From: the human T2T-CHM13v2.0 reference genome, Homo sapiens | Direction: 5' to 3' (one strand) | NCBI RefSeq assembly: GCF_009914755.1 | Contig: NC_060948.1 | Length of the DNA stretch: 64,000 bases | Position numbers and translations under genes: made by a program | Notes under the pieces: generated by a model | What the model saw: only the letters and a program-made list of their open reading frames with translations | The model's database searches: none | Told to the model about the DNA's origin: nothing | Shown: positions 38,591 to 52,815 of the stretch, one piece after another | Position numbering within the stretch: position 1 is the stretch's first letter | Layout of the letters: each line of letters opens with the position of its first letter

Positions 38591-41500
38591 ACTAAATCGA
38601 ATGGAATGGAATTGATAGGAACGGAATGGAAAGGAATGCAATGATTTGGCATGGAATGGAATCGAATGGCATCGAATGGAATGGAATGGAATGCAATGGA
38701 ATGGAATGTATTAGAATGTAATGAACTTTAATGGAATGTACTCGAATGGATTCGACTGGAATGGAATGTTCTGGAAGTGAATGGACTCCAATGGAATGGA
38801 TTCAAAAGGAATGGAATCGTACGGAATGGAATCTAATGGAATGGAATTAAATGGAAATGAATCAAATTGAATAGCACGGAATTGAATTGAATGGAATGGA
38901 ATGCAATGGAATCTAATGAAACGGAAAGGAAAGGAATGGAATGGAATGGAATGGACTGGAATGGAAAGGAATCGAAACGAATGGAATGGAATCGAACTGA
39001 AGAGACTGGAATGGAATGCACTGGAATGGAAGGGAGTGTAATGGAAGTTTCTCGAAAAAAATGGAATCGAATGGAATGGAATTGAATGGAACGGAATAGA
39101 GTCGAATGGAATTGAATGGAATGGAATGGACTAGAGTGAAATGGAATCGAACCACAAGGAATGGACAGGAATAGAATGGTCTCGAATTGAATGGAATCGT
39201 ATGGAATGGCATCAAACGGAATGGAATGGACAGCCACGGAATGGAATGCACTCGAATGCAATGGAGTCGAAACTAATGGACTGGAATAGAATGGACTCGA
39301 CTGGTACGGACTCCAATGGAATGGAATCGAATGGAAGGGAATCGAACGGAAGGGAATCGAATGGAATGGACTCGAAGGGAAAAGACTGCAATGGAAAGGT
39401 CTCGAATGGAATGGAAATTAATGGAATGGAATGGAATCGAATGAAATGGAGTCAAAAGGAATGGAATCGAATGGCAAGAAATCGAATGTAATGGAATCGC
39501 AAGGAATTGATGTGAACGGAACGGAATGGAATGGAATCCAAAGGAATGGAATAGAATGGAATGGAATCGAATGGAAAGGACTCGAATGGAAATCACTCGA
39601 ATAGAATGCAATTTAATAAAATAGGATCAAATGTAATGGAATGGAATGGAAAGGAATCGAAACGAAAGGAATGGAGACAGATGGAATGGAATGGAAAAGA
39701 GAGCAATGGTATAGAATGGAATGGAATCATCTGGAATGGAATTGAATGGAATGGAATGGAATGCCCTTGAATTAAATGGACTGGAATGGAATGGACTCAA
39801 ACAGAGAGGAATGGAAAGTGTTGAGATAGAATGGAATGAACTCCTTTGGAATGGTGTAGTAGGCAATGCAATCGACTGGCAGGGAATCAAAAGGAATGTA
39901 ATCGAATGGATTGGACTGGAATGCAATGGACTCGAATAGATTGGAAACGGAATGCAAAGGAATGGAATGGAATAGTATGGAATGGAATGGAAAGGAATGG
40001 AGTGGAATAGACTAGAGTGGAATGGAATGGACTGGAAAGCAATGGACTGGAATGGAACTTTCTTGAATGGACTGGAATCAAACGGAATGGAATGCAATGC
40101 AATCAAATGGCATGGAATAAAATAGAATGAAAGAGAATCAAATGGAATTGAATCGAATGGAATCGAATGGATTGGAAAGGAATAGAATGGAATGGAATGG
40201 AATTGACTCAAATGGAATGGACTAGAATGGAATGGATTCGAATGGAAGGCAAAGGAATGGAATCTATTGGAATGGACTGAAATGGAATGGAATGGAAGGG
40301 ATTGGAATGGACTCTAATGGAATGGACTGCAATAGAAAGGATTCGAATGGAATGAAAAAGAATTGAATGGAATAGAACAGAATGGAATCAAATCGAATGA
40401 AATGGAACGGAATAGAAAGGAATGGAATGAAATGGAATGAAAAGGATTCCAATGCAATGCAATCGAATGGAATGGAATCGAACGGAATGGAATAAAATGG
40501 AAGAAAACTGGCAATAAATGGAATCGAAATGAATGGAGTGTTATGGAACGGACTCAAAAGGAATTGAATGTAATAGAATGGAGTGGAGTGGACTCGAATA
40601 TAATGGACTGGAATGGAATGAAATCACATGGAATGGGAACGAATGGAATGGAATGGAAAGGAATGGAATCGAATGGAAAGGAATCGAATGGAAGGGAATG
40701 AAATTGAATCAACAGGAATGGAAGGGAATAGAATAGACGGTAATGGAATGGACTCGAATAGAATGGACACGAATGCTCAAATTGAATGGACTCGAATGGA
40801 ATGGAAACGAAAGGAATGTCATCGAATGGAATTGAATCGATTGGAATGAAATCGCATAGAATGGAGTGGAATCAAATGGAATTGAATCGAAAGGAAAGGA
40901 AGCGAATGGACTGAAATGAAATGGAATGGAATTGAATGGAAAGTAACGCAATGGAATAGAATGGAACGAAATTTCACGGAATGGAATCAAACTGAATGGA
41001 ATCAAATCAATGGAATCAAATCAAATGGAATGGAAAGGAATTGAATGGAGTAGATGGGATTGGATGGGACTGGAATGAAATGTACTGGAAAGTACTCGAA
41101 TTTCATGAAACGGAATGGAATGAATTGGAACGGAATGGACTCGAATGGAATGGAATGTCATGGAATGGCATCAAATGGAATGGCATCAAATGGAATGGAA
41201 TCGAATGCAATGGAATGCTATGGAATGGAATGGAATGCATTGGAATGGAATGTCCTCTAATGGAATGGATTCGAGTGGAATGGAATCGAATATAATGGAG
41301 TCGAATGAAATGGAATTGAAAGGAATGGGATCGAATACAATGGAATATACTGGAATGTAATGTAATGAACTCGAATGTAATTGACTGGAATGGAATGTAC
41401 ATGAATGGAATATAATCGAATGGAAAGTAATCCAATGGAATAGAATCTAATGCAATAAAATCGACTCAGATAGAGTAGAATGTAATGGAATGGAGTGCAG

Positions 41501-42144
41501 TGCAATGGAATGGAATGGAATGGAATGCAATGGAATGGAATGGAATGGAATGGAATGGAATGGAATGGAATGGAATGGGATGGAATGGTATGGAATGGAT
41601 AGTAATGGACTGGAATGAAATGGACTGGAAAAGAATGGACTCAAATTGAAAGGGCTCGAAAGGAATGGAGTCAAATGGAATGGTCTGGAATGGAATGAAC
41701 ACGAATGTAATGCAATCCAATACAATGGAATCGAATGGCATGGAATATAAAGAAATGGAATCTAAGAGAATGGAAACAAATGGAATGGAATTGAATGGAA
41801 TGGAATTGAATGGAATGGGAACGAATGGAGTGAAATTGTATGCAGTAGAAGAGAATAGAATGGAATGCAAGTGAAAGGAAAGGAATGGATTGCAATGGAA
41901 TGGAATTCATTGGAATGGAAGGGAATGTAGTGTAATGGACAGGCCTGGAATAAAGTGGAATGCTACGGTCTCGAATGGAATAAAAATGTATGGAATGGAA
42001 TGCAATGAAATGGAATCGAATGTCATAGAATGTAATGGAATGCAACAAAATGGAATCCAATATCATTGACTGGAAAGGCTGGGTGTCGAAAGGAATTGAC
42101 TCCAATGGAATGGAATCGAATGGAATGGAAGTGAATAGAATCGA
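38591..42144 (+). repeat. DYZ1 unit 12 (3554 bp, subtype A, near copy of unit 1)
   Basis: Landmark at 38591. Same diagnostic indels and SNVs as unit 1 at offset 38,590. Confidence 0.9.
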
Positions 42145-45100
42145 ACTAAATCGAATGGAATGGAATTGATAGGAACGGAATGGAAAGGAATGCAATGATT
42201 TGGCATGGAATGGAATCGAATGGCATCGAATGGAATGGAATGGAATGCAATGGAATGGAATGTATTAGAATGTAATGAACTTTAATGGAATGTACTCGAA
42301 TGGATTCGACTGGAATGGAATGTTCTGGAAGTGAATGGACTCCAATGGAATGGATTCAAAAGGAATGGAATCGTACGGAATGGAATCTAATGGAATGGAA
42401 TTAAATGGAAATGAATCAAATTGAATAGCACGGAATTGAATTGAATGGAATGGAATGCAATGGAATCTAATGAAACGGAAAGGAAAGGAATGGAATGGAA
42501 TGGACTGGGCTGGAATGGAAAGGAATCGAAACGAATGGAATGGAATCGAACTGAAGAGACTGGAATGGAATGCACTGGAATGGAAGGGAGTGTAATGGAA
42601 GGTTCTCGAAAAAAATGGAATCGAATGGAATGGAATTGAATGGAACGGAATAGAGTCGAATGGAATTGAATGGAATGGAATGGACTAGAGTGAAATGGAA
42701 TCGAACCACAAGGAATGGACAGGAATAGAATGGTCTCGAATTGAATGGAATCGTATGGAATGGCATCAAACGGAATGGAATGGACAGCCACGGAATGGAA
42801 TGCACTCGAATGCAATGGAGTCGAAACTAACGCACTGGAATAGAATGGACTCGACTGGTATGGACTCCAATGGAATGGAATCGAATGGAAGGGAATCGAA
42901 CGGAATGGACTCGAAGGGAAAAGACTGCAATGGAAAGGTCTCGAATGGAATGGAAATTAATGGAATCGAATGGAATCGAATGAAATGGAGTCAAAAGGAA
43001 TGGAATCGAATGGCAAGAAATCGAATGTAATGGAATCGCAAGGAATTGATGTGAACGGAACGGAATGGAATGGAATCCAAAGGAATGGAATAGAATGGAA
43101 TGGAATCGAATGGAAAGGACTCGAATGGAAAGGACTCGAATGGAAGTCACTCGAATAGAATGCAATTTAATAAAATAGGATCAAATGTAATGGAATGGAA
43201 TGGAATGGAATCGAAACGAAAGGAATGGAGACAGATGGAATGGAATGGAACAGAGAGCAATGGTATAGAATGGAATGGAATCATCTGGAATGGAATTGAA
43301 TTGAATGGAATAATATGAAATGGAATGGAATGGAATGGAATGGAATGCCCTTGAATTAAATGGACTGGAATGGAATGGACTCGAACAGAATGGAATGGAA
43401 AGTGTTGAGATAGAATGGAATGGACTCCTTTGGAATGGTCTAGTATGCAATGCAATCGACTGGCAGGGAATCAAAAGGAATGTAATCGAATGGATTGGAC
43501 TGGAATGCAATGGACTCGAATAGATTGGAAACGTGATGCAAAGGAATGGAATGGAATAGTATGGAATGGAATGGAAAGGAATGGAGTGGAATAGACTAGA
43601 GTGGAATGGAATGGACTGGAAAGCAATGGACTGGAATGGAACTTTCTTGAATGGACTGGAATCAAACGGAATGGAATGCAATGCAATCAAATGGCATGGA
43701 ATAAAATAGAATGAAAGAGAATCAAATGGAATTGAATCGAATGGAATCGAATGGATTGGAAAGGAATAGAATGGAATGGAATGGAATGGACTCAAATGGA
43801 ATGGACTAGAATGGAATGGATTCGAATGGAAGGCAAAGGAATGGAATCTATTGGAATGGACTGTAATGGAATGGAATGGAAGGGATTGGAATGGACTCGA
43901 ATGGAATGGACTGCAATAGAAAGGATTCGAATGGAATGAAAAAGAATTGAATGGAATAGAACAGAATGGAATCAAATCGAATGAAATGGAATGGAATAGA
44001 AAGGAATGGAATGAAATGGAATGGAAAGGATTCGAATGGAATGCAATCGAATGGAATGGAATCGAACGGAATGGAATAAAATGGAAGAAAACTGGCAAGA
44101 AATGGAATCGAAATGAATGGAGTGTTATGGAACGGACTCAAAAGGAATTGAATGTAATAGAATGGAGTGGAGTGGACTCGAATATAATGGACTGGAATGG
44201 AATGAAATCACATGGAATGGGAACGAATGGAATGGAATGGAAAGGAATGGAATCGAATGGAAAGGAATCGAATGGAAGGGAATGAAATTGAATCAACAGG
44301 AATGGAAGGGAATAGAATAGACGGTAATGGAATGGACTCGAATAGAATGGACACGAATGCTCAAATTGAATGGACTCGAATGGAATGGAAACGAAAGGAA
44401 TGTCATCGAATGGAATTGAATCGATTGCAATGAAATCGCATAGAATGGAGTGGAATCAAATGGAATTGAATCGAAAGGAAAGGAAGCGAATGGACTGAAA
44501 TGAAACGGAATGGAATTGAATGGAAAGTAATGCAATGGAATAGAATGGAACGAAATTTCACGGAAAGGAATCAAACTGAACGGAATCAAATCAATGGAAT
44601 CTAATCAAATGGAATGGAAAGGAATTGAATGGAGTAGATTGGATTGGATGGGATTGGAATGAAATGTACTGGAAAGGACTCGAATTTCATGAAACGGAAT
44701 GGAATGAATTGGAACGGAATGGACTCGAATGGAATGGAATGTCATGGAATGGCATCAAATGGAATGGCATCAAATGGAATGGAATCGAATGCAATGGAAT
44801 GCTATGGAATGGAATGGAATGCATTGGAATGGAATGTCCTCTAATGGAATGGATTCGAGTGGAATGGAATCGAATATAATGGAGTCGAATGAAATGGAAT
44901 TGAAAGGAATGGGATCGAATACAATGGAATATACTGGAATGTAATGTAATGAACTCGAATGTAATTGACTGGAATGGAATGTACATGAATGGAAGGTAAT
45001 CGAATGGAAAGTAATCCAATGGAATAGAATCTAATGCAATAAAACCGACTCAGATAGAGTAGAATGTAATGGAATGGAGTGCAGTGCAATGGAATGGAAT

Positions 45101-48100
45101 GGAATTGAATGCAATGGAATGGAATGGAATGGAATGGAATGGAATGGAATGGAATGGGATGGAATGGTATGGAATGGATAGTAATGGACTGGAGTGAAAT
45201 GGACTGGAAAGGAATGGACTCAAATTGAAAGGGCTCGAAAGGAATGGAGTCAAATGGAATGGTCTGGAATGGAATGAACACGAATGTAATGCAATCCAAT
45301 AGAATGGAATCGAATGGCACGGAATATAAAGAAATGGATTCGAAGAGAATGGAAACAAATATAATGGAATTGAATGGAATGGAATTGAATGGAATGGGAA
45401 CGAATGGAGTGAAATTGTATGCAGTAGAAGGGAATAGAATGGAATGCAAGCGAAAGGAAAGGAATGGATTGGAATGGAATGGAATTCATTGGAATGGAAG
45501 GGAATGTAGTGTAATGGACAGGCCTGGAATAAAGTGGAATGCTACGGTCTCGAATGGAATAAAAATGTATGGAATGGAATGCAATGAAATGGAATCGAAT
45601 GTCATGGAATGTAATGGAATGCAACAAAATGGAATCCAAAATCATTGACTGGAAAGGCTGGGTGTCGAAAGGAATTGACTCCAATGGAATGGAATCGAAT
45701 GGAATGGAAGTGAATAGAATCGAACTAAATCGAATGGAATGGAATTGATAGGAACGGAATGGAAAGGAATGCAATGATTTGGCATGGAATGGAATCGAAT
45801 GGCATCGAATGGAATGGAATGGAATGCAATGGAATGGAATGTATTAGAATGTAATGAACTTTAATGGAATGTACTCGAATGGATTCGACTGGAATGGAAT
45901 GTTCTGGAAGTGAATGGACTCCAATGGAATGGATTCCAAAGGAATGGAATCGTACGGAATGGAATCTAATGGAATGGAATTAAATGGAAATGAATCAAAT
46001 TGAATAGCACGGAATTGAATTGAATGGAATGGAATGCAATGGAATCTAATGAAACGGAAAGGAAAGGAATGGAATGGAATGGAATGGGCTGGAATGGAAA
46101 GGAATCGAAACGAATGGAATGGAATCGAACTGAAGAGACTGGAATGGAATGCACTGGAATGGAAGGGAGTGTAATGGAAGGTTCTCGAAAAAAATGGAAT
46201 CGAATGGAATGGAATTGAATGGAACGGAATAGAGTCGAATGGAATTGAATGGAATGGAATGGACTAGAGTGAAATGGAATCGAACCACAAGGAATGGAGA
46301 GGAATAGAATGGTCTCGAATTGAATGGAATTGTATGGAATGGCATCAAACGGAATGGAATGGACAGCCACGGAATGGAATGCACTCGAATGCAATGGAGT
46401 CGAAACTAACGGACTGGAATAGAATGGACTCGACTGGTACGGACTCCAATGGAATGGAATCGAATGGAAGGGAATCGAACGGAATGGACTCGAAGGGAAA
46501 AGACTGCAATGGAAAGGTCTCGAATGGAATGGAAATTAATGGAATGGAATGGAATCGAATGAAATGGAGTCAAAAGGAATGGAATCGAATGGCAAGAAAT
46601 CGAATGTAATGGAATCGCAAGGAATTGATGTGAACGGAACGGAATGGAATGGAATCCAAAGGAATGGAATAGAATGGAATGGAATCGAATGGAAAGGACT
46701 CGAATGGAAATCACTCGAATAGAATGCAATTTAATAAAATAGGATCAAATGTAATTGAATGGAATGGAAAGGAATCGAAACGAAAGGAATGGAGACAGAT
46801 GGAATGGAATGGAACAGAGAGCAATGGTATAGAATGGAATGGAATCATCTGGAATGGAATTGAATGGAATGGAATAATATGAAATGGAATGGAATGGAAT
46901 GGAATGGAATGCCCTTGAATTAAATGGACTGGAATGGAATGGACTCGAACAGAGTGGAATGGAAAGTGTTGAGATAGAATGGAATGGACTCCTTTGGAAT
47001 GGTGTAGTATGCAATGCAATCGACTGGCAGGCAATCAAAAGGAATGTAATGGAATGGACTGGACTGGAATGCAATGGACTCGAATAGATTGGAAACGGAA
47101 TGCAAAGGAATGGAATGGAATAGTATGGAATGGAATGGAAAGGAATGGAGTGGAATAGAATAGAGTGGAATGGAATGGACTGGAAAGCAATGGACTGGAA
47201 TGGAACTTTCTTGAATGGACTGGAATCAAACGGAATGGAATGCAATGCAATCAAATGGCATGGAATAAAATAGAATGAAAGAGAATCAAATGGAATTGAA
47301 TCGAATGGAATCGAATGGATTGGAAAGGAATAGAATGGAATGGAATGGAATGGACTCAAATGGAATGGACTAGAATGGAATGGATTCGAATGGAAGGCAA
47401 AGGAATGGAATCTATTGGAATGGACTGCAATGGAATGGATTGGAAGGGATTGGAATGGACTCGAATGGAATGGACTGCAATAGAAAGGATTCGAATGGAA
47501 TGAAAAAGAATTGAATGGAATAGAACAGAATGGAATCAAATCGAATGAAATGGAATGGAATAGAAAGGAATGGAATGAAATGGAATGGAAAGGATTCGAA
47601 TGGAATGCAATCGAATGGAATGGAATCGAACGGAATGGAATAAAATGGAAGAAAACTGGCAAGAAATGGAATCGAAATGAATGGAGTGTTATGGAACGGA
47701 CTCAAAAGGAATTGAATGTAATAGAATGGAGTGGAGTGGATTCGAATATAATGGACTGGAATGGAATGAAATCACATGGAATGGGAACGAATGGAATGGA
47801 AAGGAATGGAATCGAATGGAAAGGAATCGAATGGAAGGGAATGAAATTGAATCAACAGGAATGGAAGGGAATAGAATAGATGGTAATGGAATGGACTCGA
47901 ATAGAATGGACACGAATGCTCAAATTGAATGGACTCGAATGGAATGGATACGAAAGGAATGTCATCGAATGGAATTGAATCGATTGGAATGAAATCGCAT
48001 AGAATGGAGTGGAATCAAATGGAATTGAATCGAAAGGAAAGGAAGCGAATGGACTGAAATGAAATGGAATGGAATTGAATGGAAAGTAATGCAATGGAAT

Positions 48101-51100
48101 AGAATGGAACGAAATTTCACGGAATGGAATCAAACTGAATGGAATGAAATCAATGGAATCAAATCAAATGGAATGGAAAGGAATTGAATGGAGTAGATTG
48201 GATTGGATGGGATTGGAATGAAATGTACTGGAAAGGACTCGAATTTCATGAAACGGAATGGAATGAATTGGAACGGAATGGACTCGAATGGAATGGAATG
48301 TCATGGAATGGCATCAAATGGAATGGCATCAAATGGAATGGAATCGAATGCAATGGAATGCTATGGAATGGAATGGAATGCATTGGAATGGAATGTCCTC
48401 TAATGGAATGGATTCGAGTGGAATGGAATCGAATATAATGGAGTCGAATGAAATGGAATTGAAAGGAATGGGATCGAATACAATGGAATATACTGGAATG
48501 TAATGTAATGAACTCGAATGTAATTGACTGGAATGGAATGTACATGAATGGAATGTAATCGAATGGAAAGTAATCCAATGGAATAGAATCTAATGCAATA
48601 AAATCGACTCAGATAGAGGAGAATGTAATGGAATGGAGTGCAGTGCAATGGAATGGAATGGAATGGAATGCAATTGAATGGAATGGAATGGAATGGAATG
48701 GAATGGAATGGGATGGAATGGTATGGAATGGATAGTAATGGACTGGAGTGAAATGGACTGGAAAGGAATGGACTCAAATTGAAAGGGCTCGAAAGGAATG
48801 GAGTCAAATGGAATGGTCTGGAATGGAATGAACAAGAATGTAATGCAATCCAATAGAATGGAATCGAATGACATGGAATATAAAGAAATGGAATCGGAGA
48901 GAATGGAAACAAATGGAATGGAATTGAATGGAATGGAATTGAATGGAATGGGAACGAATGGAGTGAAATTGTATGCAGTAGAAGGGAATAGAATGGAATG
49001 CAAGCGAAAGGAAAGGAATGGATTGGAATGGAATGGAATTCATTGGAATGGAAGGGAATGTAGTGTAATGGACAGGCCTGGAATAAAGTGGAATGCTATG
49101 GTCTCGAATGGAATAAAAATGTATGGAATGGAATGCAATGAAATGGAATCGAATGTCATAGAATGTAATGGAATGCAACAAAATGGAATCCAAAATCATT
49201 GACTGGAAAGGCTGGGTGTCGAAAGGAATTGACTCCAATGGAATGGAATCGAATGGAATGGAAGTGAATAGAATCGAACTAAATCGAATGGAATGGAATT
49301 GATAGGAACGGAATGGAAAGGAATGCAATGATTTGGCATGGAATGGAATCGAATGGCATCGAATGGAATGGAATGGAATGCAATGGAATGGAATGTATTA
49401 GAATGTAATGAACTTTAATGGAATGTACTCGAATGGATTCCACTGGAATGGAATGTTCTGGAAGTGAATGGACTCCAATGGAATGGATTCCAAAGGAATG
49501 GAATCGTACGGAATGGAATCTAATGGAATGGAATTAAATGGAAATGAATCAAATTGAATAGCACGGAATTGAATTGAATGGAATGGAATGCAATGGAATC
49601 TAATGAAACGGAAAGGAAAGGAATGGAATGGAATGGAATGGGCTGGAATGGAAAGGAATCGAAACGAATGGAATGGAATCGAACTGAAGAGACTGGAATG
49701 GAATGCACTGGAATGGAAGGGAGTGTAATGGAAGGTTCTCGAAAAAAATGGAATCGAATGGAATGGAATTGAATGGAACGGAATAGAGTCGAATGGAATT
49801 GAATGGAATGGAATGGACTAGAGTGAAATGGAATCGAACCACAAGGAATGGAGAGGAATAGAATGGTCTCGAATTGAATGGAATTGTATGGAATGGCATC
49901 AAACGGAATGGAATGGACAGCCACGGAATGGAATGCACTCGAATGCAATGGAGTCGAAACTAACGGACTGGAATAGAATGGACTCGACTGGTACGGACTC
50001 CAATGGAATGGAATCGAATGGAAGGGAATCGAACGGAATGGACTCGAAGGGAAAAGACTGCAATGGAAAGGTCTCGAATGGAATGGAAATTAATGGAATG
50101 GAATGGAATCGAATGAAATGGAGTCAAAAGGAATGGAATCGAATGGCAAGAAATCGAATGTAATGGAATCGCAAGGAATTGATGTGAATGGAACGGAATG
50201 GAATGGAATCCAAAGGAATGGAATAGAATGGAATGGAATCGAATGGAAAGGACTCGAATGGAAATCACTCGAATAGAATGCAATTTAATAAAATAGGATC
50301 AAATGTAATTGAATGGAATGGAAAGGAATCGAAACGAAAGGAATGGAGACAGATGGAATGGAATGGAACAGAGAGCAATGGTATAGAATGGAATGGAATC
50401 ATCTGGAATGGAATTGAATGGAATGGAATAATATGAAATGGAATGGAATGGAATGCCCTTGAATTAAATGGACTGGACTCGAACAGAGTGGAATGGAAAG
50501 TGTTGAGATAGAATGGAATGGACTCCTTTGGAATGGTGTAGTATGCAATGCAATCGACTGGCAGGGAATCAAAAGGAATGTAATCGAATGGATTGGACTG
50601 GAATGCAATGGACTCGAATAGATTGGAAACGGAATGCAAAGGAATGGAATGGAATAGTATGGAATGGAATGGAAAGGAATGGAGTGGAATAGACTAGAGT
50701 GGAATGGAATGGACTGGAAAGCAATGGACTGGAATGGAACTTTCTTGGATGGATTGGAATCAAACGGAATGGAATGCAATGCAATCAAATGGCATGGAAT
50801 AAAATAGAATGAAAGAGAATCAAATGGAATTGAATCGAATGGAATCGAATGGATTGGAAAGGAATAGAATGGAATGGAATGGAATTGACTCAAATGGAAT
50901 GGACTAGAATGGAATGGATTCGAATGGAAGGCAAAGGAATGGAATCTATTGGAATGGACTGTAATGGAATGGAATGGAAGGGATTGGAATGGACTCGAAT
51001 GGAATGGACTGCAATAGAAAGGATTCGAATGGAATGAAAAAGAATTGAATGGAATAGAACAGAATGGAATCAAATCGAATGAAATGGAATGGAATAGAAA

Positions 51101-52815
51101 GGAATGGAATGAAATGGAATGGAAAGGATTCGAATGGAATGCAATCGAATGGAATGGAATAAAATGGAAGAAAACTGGCAAGAAATGGAATCGAAATGAA
51201 TGGAGTGTTATGGAACGGACTCAAAAGGAATTGAATGTAATAGAATGGAGTGGAGTGGACTCGAATATAATGGACTGGAATGGAATGAAATCACATGGAA
51301 TGGGAACGAATGGAATGGAATGGAAAGGAATGGAATCGAATGGAAAGGAATCGAATGGAAGGGAATGAAATTGAATCAACACGAATGGAAGGGAATAGAA
51401 TAGACTGTAATGGAATGGACTCGAATAGAATGGACACGAATGCTCAAATTAAATGGACTCGAATGGAATGGAAACGAAAGGAATGTCATCGAATGGAATT
51501 GAATCGATTGGAATGAAATCGCATAGAATGCAGTGGAATCAAATGGAATTGAATCGAAAGGAAACAAGCGAATGGACTGAAATGAAATGGAATGGAATTG
51601 AATGGAAAGTAATGCAATGGAATAGAATGGAACGAAATTTCACGGAATGGAATCAAACTGAATGGAATCAAATCAATGGAATCAAATCAAATGGAATGGA
51701 AAGGAATTGAATGGAGTAGATGGGATTGGATGGGATTGGAATGAAATGTACTGGAAAGGACTCGAATTTCATGAAACGGAATGGAATGAATTGGAACGGA
51801 ATGGACTCGAATGGAATGGAATGTCATGGGATGGCATCAAATGGAATGGCATCAAATGGAATGGAATCGAATGCAATGGAATGCTATGGAATGGAATGGA
51901 ATGCATTGGAATGGAATGTCCTCTAATGGAATGGATTCGAGTGGAATGGAATTGAATATAATGGAGTCGAATGAAATGGAATTGAAAGGAATGGGATCGA
52001 ATACAATGGAATATACTGGAATGTAACGTAATGAACTCGAATGTAATTGACTGGAATGGAATGTACATGAATGGAATGTAATCGAATGGAAAGTAATCCA
52101 ATGGAATAGAATCTAATGCAATAAAATCGACTCAGATAGAGTAGAATGTAATGGAATGGAGTGCAGTGCAATGGAATGGAATGGAATGGAATGCAATGGA
52201 ATGGAATGGAATGGAATGCAATGGAATGGAATGGAATGGAATGGAATGTGATGGAATGGTATGGAATGGATAGTAATGGACTGGAGTGAAATGGACTGGA
52301 AAGGAATGGACTCAAATTGAAAGGGCTCGAAAGGAATGGAGTCAAATGGAATGGTCTGGAATGGAATGAACACGAATGTAATGCAACCCAATAGAATGGA
52401 ATCGAATGGCATGGAATATAAAGAAATGGAATCGAAGAGAATGGAAACAAATGGAATGGAATTGAATGGAATGGAATTGAATGGAATGGGAAGGAATGGA
52501 GTGAAATTGTATGCAGTAGAAGAGAATAGAATGGAATGCAAGCGAAAGGAAAGGAATGGATTGCAATGGAATGGAATTCATTGGAATGGAAGGGAATGTA
52601 GTGTAATGGACAGGCCTGGAATAAAGTGGAATGCTACGGTCTCGAATGGAATAAAAATGTATGGAATGGAATGCAATGAAACGGAATCGAATGTCATAGA
52701 ATGTAATGGAATGCAAAAAAATGGAATCCAAAATCATTGACTGGAAAGGCTGGGTGTCGAAAGGAATTGACTCCAATGGAATGGAATCGAATGGAATGGA
52801 AGTGAATAGAATCGA
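42145..52815 (+). repeat. DYZ1 units 13-15 (3579, 3554, 3538 bp; subtype C, unit 15 chimeric)
   Basis: Landmarks at 42145, 45724 and 49278. Markers GCAACAAAA, AACTAACG, GAAGGGAATAG, GGAGAGGAAT. Confidence 0.9.
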
